Virus record (IMG/VR): IMGVR_UViG_3300021167_000098
Coordinates: 1-64,000 of that record
Source: a virus
Taxonomy: Duplodnaviria; Caudoviricetes
Length of the DNA stretch: 64,000 nt
Reading direction: 5' to 3' (one strand)
The notes beneath the pieces were generated by a model. That model did no database searches and was not told the origin of the DNA. It worked only from the letters and a program-made list of their open reading frames with translations. The position numbers and the translations under genes were made by a program. Of this stretch, positions 19,239 through 28,029 are shown piece by piece; position 1 is the stretch's first letter; every line of letters begins with the position of its first letter.

Positions 19239-19883
19239 ATGAAAGTAGAATTATTATCTCATTTTGGAGATGATTTAATGGTTGCTAATTGTGCAAGAGT
19301 TAGTTATGGGAAAAGTAAAATTAAATTAGATGAAAAAGATTCTAAATTAATTAAATATTTAGTTGAACATAAACATACAGCACCTTTTAGACATCCACAA
19401 TTACAATTTAGAATAACTTGTCCTATATATGTAGAAAGGCAATTGTTTAAACATCAAGTAGGAATGTCAGCTAATAGCATTAGTGGAAGATATGTTGATT
19501 TTAGTGATAGTTATACTACTATTTCAGAATGGAGAAAACAGTCTATAAATAGTAAACAAGGAAGTGATGGAGTATTAAATCCTTTTGAACAAGATATGGC
19601 TAATAAAATACAAGAGGATGTAATTAATTATTGTAAATTTAGATATGATCAACTAATAGAACTTGGTGTATCTAAAGAACAAGCTAGATCTGTTTTACCT
19701 TTAAACCTAAATACAACATTTATATGGACTGGTAGTATCTTATCTTTTATTCATTTATTTAATTTAAGACTAAAACCAGATGCTCAAGCAGAGACAAGAA
19801 ATGTTGCAATGTTAATGTTAGATTGTATTAAGTCTATTGAAGGTAATTCATTTAAAAATACATTAGAAGCTTTTGGAATATGA
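19239..19883 (+). CDS. thyX: FAD-dependent thymidylate synthase
   Basis: ARVSY, H.APF.H, RQLFKH....NSISGRY, EQARSVLP, LRL..DAQAETR. Confidence 0.95.
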   Translation: MKVELLSHFGDDLMVANCARVSYGKSKIKLDEKDSKLIKYLVEHKHTAPFRHPQLQFRITCPIYVERQLFKHQVGMSANSISGRYVDFSDSYTTISEWRKQSINSKQGSDGVLNPFEQDMANKIQEDVINYCKFRYDQLIELGVSKEQARSVLPLNLNTTFIWTGSILSFIHLFNLRLKPDAQAETRNVAMLMLDCIKSIEGNSFKNTLEAFGI

Positions 19884-20119
19884 ATAATAGAAGTTTAAGC
19901 AGAGATGCAGATAAAATTAAATCTAGTGTTGAAGATGTTATAGATAATTTAATATTGGAAATAGAAGAATTAGAAGGTAAAGTAGATGAATTATCAGAGA
20001 CATTAGAAGAAACTAGAGAGTCTTATGAAAGACAAATTGAAAATTTAACAGAAGAAATACAAGATTTACAAGAAAAAGTAAATCAAAATAATTCTGATAA
20101 TTATAGAAGAAATGATTAA
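19880..20119 (+). CDS. acidic coiled-coil hypothetical protein
   Basis: 79 aa, heptad pattern. Confidence 0.7.
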   Translation: MNNRSLSRDADKIKSSVEDVIDNLILEIEELEGKVDELSETLEETRESYERQIENLTEEIQDLQEKVNQNNSDNYRRND

Positions 20120-20354
20120 TTATAAAATAATCAATGATTCAATTGCATATTATAATGACAATATGGTAGAATATATAGCACCATCTTTATTTTGTTCTTG
20201 GTTTGGATTAATTCAGATTCAAGTTAGATGTGAACCATTAACAAGAAAAATGAGTAAGAAAGAATTTAACTTCTTTAGAAATTTAACTACTGATAGTAAA
20301 GAAGAGAATTTTGGAATACTTAACAATAAACTTGTTTGTATAGACTATGTATAA
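20112..20354 (+). CDS. hypothetical protein
   Basis: 80 aa, last gene before the terminator. Confidence 0.6.
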   Translation: MINYKIINDSIAYYNDNMVEYIAPSLFCSWFGLIQIQVRCEPLTRKMSKKEFNFFRNLTTDSKEENFGILNNKLVCIDYV

Positions 20355-20398
20355 TTAAAAAAAGGAAAGTAAATAAATTTACTTTCCTTTTTTTAATT
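20353..20398. terminator. bidirectional intrinsic terminator between the convergent genome arms
   Basis: Perfect 22-bp inverted repeat aattaaaaaaaggaaagtaaat (20353-20374) / atttactttcctttttttaatt (20377-20398). Confidence 0.88.
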
Positions 20399-20430
20399 TG
20401 TTCATCTCTTTTTTTTATCCGTTGCTATGG

Positions 20431-23400
20431 TTAGTATTGATAGTCTTCATAAAGATCATTTACCATGTTACTATTAGTAACTATTTGTCTGGTAACTGGA
20501 GCTGTTTTTGCCCAATTCTTCATTGTTCTTTCTATATCATCTGCATCTGTATCATTCATTGGATTCATAATATCAGCTGTCTGATAAATAGCTTTCTGAA
20601 AATCTGTTATTATCCTTAATGAAGGTATTGGATTACTGGTAATCTCTTTAAATGTACCTACTGAAGTATAGAACTGAACATCATTTCTTAGTCTATAAAG
20701 TAAATTCATAGTGCCTCCTAATGCCATTTTCTTATATTTATCATCATCTGTCATTGAATTATACAACATTTTTAAAGATATATAAAGCATGTATAAACTA
20801 ATAATCATAACTCCATCAATAGCTAATCTTCTGATATTATAAATATCTCCTTCCTCCATATTCTTGATGTTACTCATAGCATCTGACCATTTACCTATCC
20901 AAGTTCCAGCACCAGAATTATCTTTTAATGCTTTCATCTCTCTATATAATCTAGGTAATGCTCTTATTCTACCTTCTAATCTAGCACCTAATATCTCATC
21001 TTCTCTTGAATGGTTATAAGCAGAGTTTAAACCTTCTGACATCCAGGATGCTTTAAATTGACCTAATGCTCTTCCTAATGCAAATTTATTAGAGAATTTA
21101 GCTGATTTAGTATCAGTGTTACCATGAACTCTTCTACTTAATGCAAGTAGTTTCTGAATCATGTCTATCTGTTTATCTTTATTCCATTCAGGTACTTGAG
21201 TCTCATCTATTGTTCCATCTTCTTTAACTAAAGACCATAATGATTTAGGTCCATTAATTGTTTCTATTTGATCATGCATTAATGATCCAATAATAAGCTG
21301 TCCTTTCATAAAGAAGTCAGAAGATCTCATCCACATAAACATTTTATCATAAGATACTCTTTGTCCTTTACCATAGTTGGCTTCCATAATATCAAAGATT
21401 AAGTTATTCTTTTCCAAGAAGTTAACTATCTTTTCTCTCTTTTTATTCTTACCACCTTTGCCCCAAGTTAAGAAGTTATTAGTTGTAGATAACATTTCTT
21501 TAAGTGCTGCACTACATTCCTTAACATTAAGAAATTGTCCAACAAGTGCTTCCTTATAATTAGAAAGAACTCCAAAGTTTAAGTTAGTTATAGGAGATAC
21601 AAATGATAAACCCATGGTTTTTAATTGTGTTACTTCTATTCCCCAATCTATAAATTTACTGAAAGAACTTCTCTTACCATCTAAATCTTTATATTCTTTT
21701 TTATAATTATTGTATGAATTAATAACATCCCAGGCTTGTTGTATTTCTTCAGCTCTGGTTGTAGGATCAGCAGCATCACTTAATTCTTCTCCTCTATCTA
21801 ATTTCTCAATATATCCTCTATACATTGGTTCTATAGCCATAGCTTTTTCTTTAATCTCTCTGGCTTTCTTTTTCTTATCAGAAGTTAATCCAAATACATC
21901 TTTATTTTCAAAGACATTATCCCCCCAAAAATCATTCTTATTAGCTTGATCTGGATCAGCTCTATACATATTATATACACCAGCTTCTACAGCATAGTTG
22001 GTTACTTTTTTAGTTGTACTAAGTCCTACATTCTTATATCCACTATTAGTAGATTCTTTAGCTTGATTAACCATATATAATTGTAACTCAGCAGCATCAG
22101 CTATTTCATTACTAAATCTAAAGGATTCTACTTGTGTTATTAATAACTGCATAGTTTTCTTTAAATCAAGAGTATAAGAAGTTTCAATCTCTTTTATTCT
22201 TTTCTGATAAATGTTTCTATCTTGAGGACTAATGGTTGGATCTTCAAGTAATGCTTCTAAGTTTAATCTTTCTTTATCTACATCTAAAAATCTCTCATAA
22301 CTAATTTGTTTTAATGGATTACCTAATTCATCTACTTGGTTAATATGTTCAAAATTATGTTGAACTGCTACTGCATCAACAATAGCAGTATTAGTTTTTA
22401 ATCCACTAATTCCATTATTCATAAATGATTCCCAAGCTGTAGCTTGCATTTTAACAAAGAAATCTACACCTACTTCTTTACTTGCATCTGGAGGAAACAG
22501 CCTTACTGCTTCTTTCATATACTCAGTCATGAAGTTATATAGATTTAATAAATTTTCATTAGCTAGAACTTCTTTAAATTGATTATCATAATGCTCAGGT
22601 TTACTTGGAGCATAAGCTGGTAATCTATCAAAATCTCTTGTTTTAGATATTAATTCAGCTATTTCTGGATCAATATTAGCTTCATTATGAATAGAATCAT
22701 AATACCAAAATGGATTATTTGCATATTCCCATTCATCCATAGCTGTTTTAAATGCTTCATCATCTCCAATATGTTTTTCTTCAAGATATAATCTCCATTC
22801 AGTTTGATCTTTGTAATATCTATTTACTCTATTCTCTCCAGTTTTAATTCTTGATTCAGCATAGTGATCATTACCAACAGCTGCTTTAAATTCATCTATT
22901 ATTCTTTGTCTTTCCTCTGGAGTAGTTCCAGACATAAATGCTGCTGGATTTAAAGTAATTGTATTCTCTTTATACCAGGTAGTTCTAGCTTCTTTAGCTT
23001 TCTTAATACCTTTATTAAATGCATAATAAACAATCTCTGGTTCATTAAGTGCTGGGTCTAAAGCTGCTTCTCTTGCAGCATCTATTGTTGCATCAATATA
23101 TTCTTTATTTAATTTAGAAGATAAGTACATTAAATCTTTAGCATCTTTAAATGCATCTGCTCTTCCTCCACTAACTGCTTGTAATACAAGTTTAGTTAAC
23201 TGTTCTTTAGTAGCAGGATCAAAGAATAATTTAACTTGTTCTCCAACTTTCTTTCTAGCATCATAAAACTCATCATTAACTTCATAGATAAAATGATTTC
23301 TCATTGTTCTACCTTTGGCATCTTTCTTAAATAACTTGTCAAAATCTAAATTGGATAGCTTCTCAAATAATTTATTTGACTCATCTACTTTTCTCTTAAC

Positions 23401-26271
23401 TTCAAGTTCTTTCTCAATACCCATTCTTTCAATCTGATATCCAATATATCTGATCATCTTATTCCTACTCTGTTTAATATCCAGAATATTTAATAAGAGA
23501 CCATCTTCATCTAATTGTTTAATATCATCAGAAGATAAGTTATATTTAGTCTTACTGGATTGTTCTTTCATATAATCTACAATCCTGTTATATACAGCTA
23601 ATTTTAATGTATTAGCTCTATTCTCAAGTAATCCTATTTCAGCTGATACATTGTCTACTTCAACAAACTGTCTAAAATCTTTCCACATCTCAGCACTAGA
23701 TAGAATGTTTCTAAGTTGTGCAGGACTAAGATTATCTTTATCCATTGCTTCTTCAGAGTCTGTTAAACTCTCTTCAGCTAGTAACTGAAGTATTTCAATC
23801 TTTTCATCAGTTGTGTCTGCTTGTTTATATTTATCTATCTCTGACTGATAAAGATCAATCTTCTCTTGTATCTTAAATTTATTAAGAGAAGGATTATTTT
23901 TAAGTAGTTTTAATCTATTTATTAAAGATTTAAATCTAGCTATTACCTGAGCATCATCTCCTCTTTCTTTACTTACTTTAGGTACAGTAGCAATTGAATC
24001 ATAGTCTTCTTCATAAGCTAATGCATCACCAGCATTAGGTTTAAATTCATATGCTGGTTTAGGTTTATTAGCTTCTCTTAATCTAATACCAGTATTAACA
24101 CCTTCTAAATTAACTTCATTCCAAGTATTACCATATTCATCAGTAATTTGTGGTACTTTAGGTTTAATACTTTCTTTTACAAACTCTTTAAATCCTTCTA
24201 TATCTTGTTTAGAACCTAATTCATGTAAATTTTTTGATGTCGTAGCATATACATTACCTGATTCTTTTGTTCTACCTTTATCTACACCTTTTAATACCAA
24301 ATCTTGTAGTTCATTTTTTACATATTCGGTATTCATTTCTCCAACATTTTTAACACTACTTGTGTTAATTAAAAATGTATTTACTATTTCTTTTCCACTT
24401 TTAGATATAAACCCTTTGTCAAATGCATATTCCTTTGCATAACTTAGTTTATCAGTAAAAAACCCTCTTGTCTGAAAATTAGTTCTTCCTTTTTCACTAC
24501 CTCTGTAAACAATTGTATTGTTTGGGAAAATAGTATCAAGATATTTAGAATATAGTTGTTGAGCTTGTTGTTTTTGTTGTGGGGTTATTTGAGCTTCTAA
24601 ATTAACACTATAGGTAGATTCTAAAAATCTATCAAAATTACTCTCTAAAAAATCTAAATCTGTTTTAGCTATACCTAAGAATTTAGCAATTAGATGTTTA
24701 AGCTCTTGCCATAGGGTAGTTTCTTTTAATTTATTTCTAAAATCTGGATTAGTCATCGACATAGTTAGAAATTCATCCAAGTTAGTAAGTCCATAAAACT
24801 TAAATTGTCTATCTGCTACAAATTCATAATCTTCTTCAGATACATTTTCTCTATTACTTTTTATTTCTTGTTGTATTTCAAGATATTTTTTAAAGTCAGA
24901 TTTACTATCTTTAATTTCTTCATTATATAGCTTGTAAGCTAGATTTTCGATATTTCTTATAAATTCATTTCTTTCAAGAGATGTAGTGGCTTTTTTAGTA
25001 AGAGCATGAACTATTTCATGTAAAATAGTTTGCTCAAGCATAAATTCAGCATTATACCCTTTTATATTGCTTCTTTTTATAATTCTGTCTATATTTATAT
25101 TTATAGAATTTGTAGATAAAATGTAATTTCCATTTACAGACAGATTGTTATTTTCTATAAGGTTTACTTCTTTTAGTTCTTTAATTTTAAGAAAAGTATC
25201 AGCTAACCTTTTATAATTTGGATTTTTTGTATTGTTAGAAATAGATTTTAATAATGAATCTGTACTTTCAAAATTATACTTAGATTTTACATCTTGATAA
25301 AAAATATCTTTCTCTTTTTTATAATCTGTTTTTTCAGTAAACCCAGCAGCTTCATATATTTGAGAAGCTAATTCAGGATTAGAATCAAATAGTTCTTGTA
25401 CTCCTTCTTTAACTTCTTGATTTATAATTTCTTTTTTTGAATTATTACTAACAAACTCTTTAAATCCTTCAATATCTTTTTTAGAACCTAATATATGGAT
25501 TTGTTCTGGTTCAATAACTAAATATTCATTTAAACTTATTACTCCATCATTAACTTTGTTATTTCTTTGTTTTATATAAGCATTTTGTTTGTTTTCAGAT
25601 AACTTGTCTATATTATCTTCTAATACAATAGGATTTTTTATATTTATTAAAACTGTATGTAAAGTTGGAGCACTACCGTTTTCTGTATAACTTCTTGCCC
25701 ATTCTTTATCAGATGTAAATGTAATACCTTCTCCTAATGAGGGAGATATTCCTTTTTTTATAGGATAGTTCTCAGGAGTTCCTCTATAAACAATCTCCTT
25801 TACTTTACTATCTGGAAATATAGTATCTAAATAATCTGAATATTGTTGTTGTGTACCTATCTTAGATAATTCAGAGTTTTCTTTAAATATATTATCTACT
25901 CCTTCTTTTACAGCAATGGAATCAAAATCACCTTGTTCATCTCTTTTTTTTACCTGTTCTCCTTTGATCTTGGAAAGGCTATCAGCATTATAACTAATAA
26001 CTAATGATCTTACAGTAGGAGAATTGTATCTGTATGATATAGGAATACCTATCTTATCTACCAGACTACTCTTGATATCCATCATAAAATTAGCAATATT
26101 ACTCTCTGGATTAATTGGTTCTACAATTAAATGAGTAGTGGCATAATCAGTAGTATGATAGCTGGTATTTACAGAAAGAGTTACACCATTATTTATGGCT
26201 AATTCTTTCATTTTATCTGATCTTAATAAAGATTCAATATTCTTTATATTTTGTTTATCACAATGTTGCAT
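20431..26271 (-). CDS. large virion ejection (polyvalent) protein with two ART-like modules and a zincin metallopeptidase
   Basis: 1946 aa; YRG...FT...A..Y ART-PolyVal-like units; HEIVH...EF zincin; position after the vRNAP gene as in crAss-like phages. Confidence 0.8.
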   Translation of the reverse strand: MQHCDKQNIKNIESLLRSDKMKELAINNGVTLSVNTSYHTTDYATTHLIVEPINPESNIANFMMDIKSSLVDKIGIPISYRYNSPTVRSLVISYNADSLSKIKGEQVKKRDEQGDFDSIAVKEGVDNIFKENSELSKIGTQQQYSDYLDTIFPDSKVKEIVYRGTPENYPIKKGISPSLGEGITFTSDKEWARSYTENGSAPTLHTVLINIKNPIVLEDNIDKLSENKQNAYIKQRNNKVNDGVISLNEYLVIEPEQIHILGSKKDIEGFKEFVSNNSKKEIINQEVKEGVQELFDSNPELASQIYEAAGFTEKTDYKKEKDIFYQDVKSKYNFESTDSLLKSISNNTKNPNYKRLADTFLKIKELKEVNLIENNNLSVNGNYILSTNSININIDRIIKRSNIKGYNAEFMLEQTILHEIVHALTKKATTSLERNEFIRNIENLAYKLYNEEIKDSKSDFKKYLEIQQEIKSNRENVSEEDYEFVADRQFKFYGLTNLDEFLTMSMTNPDFRNKLKETTLWQELKHLIAKFLGIAKTDLDFLESNFDRFLESTYSVNLEAQITPQQKQQAQQLYSKYLDTIFPNNTIVYRGSEKGRTNFQTRGFFTDKLSYAKEYAFDKGFISKSGKEIVNTFLINTSSVKNVGEMNTEYVKNELQDLVLKGVDKGRTKESGNVYATTSKNLHELGSKQDIEGFKEFVKESIKPKVPQITDEYGNTWNEVNLEGVNTGIRLREANKPKPAYEFKPNAGDALAYEEDYDSIATVPKVSKERGDDAQVIARFKSLINRLKLLKNNPSLNKFKIQEKIDLYQSEIDKYKQADTTDEKIEILQLLAEESLTDSEEAMDKDNLSPAQLRNILSSAEMWKDFRQFVEVDNVSAEIGLLENRANTLKLAVYNRIVDYMKEQSSKTKYNLSSDDIKQLDEDGLLLNILDIKQSRNKMIRYIGYQIERMGIEKELEVKRKVDESNKLFEKLSNLDFDKLFKKDAKGRTMRNHFIYEVNDEFYDARKKVGEQVKLFFDPATKEQLTKLVLQAVSGGRADAFKDAKDLMYLSSKLNKEYIDATIDAAREAALDPALNEPEIVYYAFNKGIKKAKEARTTWYKENTITLNPAAFMSGTTPEERQRIIDEFKAAVGNDHYAESRIKTGENRVNRYYKDQTEWRLYLEEKHIGDDEAFKTAMDEWEYANNPFWYYDSIHNEANIDPEIAELISKTRDFDRLPAYAPSKPEHYDNQFKEVLANENLLNLYNFMTEYMKEAVRLFPPDASKEVGVDFFVKMQATAWESFMNNGISGLKTNTAIVDAVAVQHNFEHINQVDELGNPLKQISYERFLDVDKERLNLEALLEDPTISPQDRNIYQKRIKEIETSYTLDLKKTMQLLITQVESFRFSNEIADAAELQLYMVNQAKESTNSGYKNVGLSTTKKVTNYAVEAGVYNMYRADPDQANKNDFWGDNVFENKDVFGLTSDKKKKAREIKEKAMAIEPMYRGYIEKLDRGEELSDAADPTTRAEEIQQAWDVINSYNNYKKEYKDLDGKRSSFSKFIDWGIEVTQLKTMGLSFVSPITNLNFGVLSNYKEALVGQFLNVKECSAALKEMLSTTNNFLTWGKGGKNKKREKIVNFLEKNNLIFDIMEANYGKGQRVSYDKMFMWMRSSDFFMKGQLIIGSLMHDQIETINGPKSLWSLVKEDGTIDETQVPEWNKDKQIDMIQKLLALSRRVHGNTDTKSAKFSNKFALGRALGQFKASWMSEGLNSAYNHSREDEILGARLEGRIRALPRLYREMKALKDNSGAGTWIGKWSDAMSNIKNMEEGDIYNIRRLAIDGVMIISLYMLYISLKMLYNSMTDDDKYKKMALGGTMNLLYRLRNDVQFYTSVGTFKEITSNPIPSLRIITDFQKAIYQTADIMNPMNDTDADDIERTMKNWAKTAPVTRQIVTNSNMVNDLYEDYQY
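24179..25492 (-). repeat. 42-bp direct repeat pair (24179-24220 and 25451-25492) encoding LGSK[QK]DIEGFKEFV
   Basis: 40/42 nt identical by direct comparison. Confidence 0.9.
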
Positions 26272-26274
26272 TAT

Positions 26275-28029
26275 TTATTCTTTAATTTGATTTACAGCAG
26301 CTGCTCCAACTACTCCAGGTAATAATTTTATTAGTGCTCTTTTAGTTTCTTGTGAAGTTTCTTTTTTGAAAAATCTATTAAGATCTTGTACATTAATCAA
26401 TTCATCTATTAGTTCATCTGTTGGATATTTAAATTGACCCATAACTTCTTCAATTGTTGCATTCTTTCTGACTAATTTTGCTCTTTTAAGATATTTATCA
26501 ACTAAATTTTTTCTAGCAACCATTAATTCAGAATGTAATTCCATTGGAGATGCTTCCCAAGTTGATACTCCTTTCTTAGGTTCAACCATAGCATCAGCAA
26601 ACAATCTACCTGTTTCTGTATCTTTGTTAGCTGTAAAGTATGGATTTACATCATCTCCATTTTTTGTTAAAATACCACTCCAATCATTTACATGAGAGTT
26701 GTATGTATCTATATTTCTTTTCATACCTAATCCACCAATTTTTTGCATTGAATGCCCAAGTTCATGTGTAGCAATATCACTAATAAGTTCTGGTGAATAT
26801 TGAGCTAAACCTTTATTTCTAAGTGTAATACTTTCATTATGATTTGTGTTCACCCCACCTATTCTGTCTTTATTTTTTAATATATAGTCTCTAGTATCTT
26901 CTGTTAAAGATTTATCTAATTGATTAGTTCTACTTGAGGTTAATATATTATTAGCTTCTTTTACAACTTGGTTATTTTCTAATTGTTCAAGAGGTCCGTT
27001 TTTAATTTGTTTTACTTTTAAAGTGTTATCTGAAATTGTTGGATTATGAAATTTATTATTATTATATAAATCTTCAATTTTTTGTGCTACATCCCCTTTT
27101 AAATTACCATTTTGATCATACACCCATTTATCTACAAAATCTAAACCTTCTTGAAAAGCTTTATCTTGTTTTATTTTAGATATATCTCTTTGCGCTTTTG
27201 TTATAGGAAATATTTCACTAAATGATCTACTCTCTTTAGACATAAGTTCTTTAACTCCAGCTTGTATTCCATTAATATGATCATTAAGAGAACTATTAAA
27301 ATTAGAGGTTTTATTATTTACTTTATTAATAACTCCTTCTAATAAATTTTCTTTTGGTATATTTTTTATAACATCATCAGTGTGTTCTAATACTTCATTA
27401 ATTCCACTCATGGCTTTAGCTCCCTTGGCTATTGGAATATTTAAAGGGTCTAATACAACATCTTGTCCTAATTCAGATCCTAATACTGTACCTACTATTC
27501 CTGCTCCCCCAGGTAAGTTACTAGCTGCATCCATTACTTGATCAAACTTAGTTCCTTTAAGAGCTTTAGAAGGTTGAGTTTCTCTACCATCACTACCTAT
27601 ATAAGTAGCAGCAGCTTGTGGTAAAGATAATGCAGCACCTATACTTTGTCCTATTGCACCCATAAAACTTTCTGCTTTTGGAATATTATTTCCCCACATT
27701 TTGAAGAATCTACCTACAGTTGGTTTAGCAGCATCTTTAATAACAACTTCATCTAATTCAGGAGCTACTAAAGTGTCATTACCTATATCTTCCATAATTA
27801 CAGGTTTCTTTTTACTGGGTGGATCTCCAGGAATTACTGTACCATCTTCAGCATAATCTTTAAGTTGAGGTAATGTTTGAATATATTTGTCTATTTCAGA
27901 ATGTTTACCTAATAATATTCTATTTTTAACCCAATCTCTTTTATTTGCTGGAACAATAGTGTGATCTCCATGTGAATTTTTGAGAATTAATTCCATTCCC
28001 TCACCTTCAATTTTAATACTTTTAAACAT
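26275..28029 (-). CDS. putative ejection protein with C-terminal zincin-like metallopeptidase
   Basis: 584 aa; HELGH (26752-26766) and downstream ELHSE; TAATG-coupled to the vRNAP gene. Confidence 0.72.
   Translation of the reverse strand: MFKSIKIEGEGMELILKNSHGDHTIVPANKRDWVKNRILLGKHSEIDKYIQTLPQLKDYAEDGTVIPGDPPSKKKPVIMEDIGNDTLVAPELDEVVIKDAAKPTVGRFFKMWGNNIPKAESFMGAIGQSIGAALSLPQAAATYIGSDGRETQPSKALKGTKFDQVMDAASNLPGGAGIVGTVLGSELGQDVVLDPLNIPIAKGAKAMSGINEVLEHTDDVIKNIPKENLLEGVINKVNNKTSNFNSSLNDHINGIQAGVKELMSKESRSFSEIFPITKAQRDISKIKQDKAFQEGLDFVDKWVYDQNGNLKGDVAQKIEDLYNNNKFHNPTISDNTLKVKQIKNGPLEQLENNQVVKEANNILTSSRTNQLDKSLTEDTRDYILKNKDRIGGVNTNHNESITLRNKGLAQYSPELISDIATHELGHSMQKIGGLGMKRNIDTYNSHVNDWSGILTKNGDDVNPYFTANKDTETGRLFADAMVEPKKGVSTWEASPMELHSELMVARKNLVDKYLKRAKLVRKNATIEEVMGQFKYPTDELIDELINVQDLNRFFKKETSQETKRALIKLLPGVVGAAAVNQIKE

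Noticed and set aside
6387-19883. Modified-base DNA pathway (MazG + dNMP kinase + ThyX)
   Set aside because: No base-modifying enzyme recognised; the genes are explained by ordinary dNTP supply
20112-20354. Possible remnant of a phage class II aminoacyl-tRNA-synthetase-like gene (MINYKIINDSIAYY start)
   Set aside because: Resemblance limited to about 14 residues from memory; not supportable without a search
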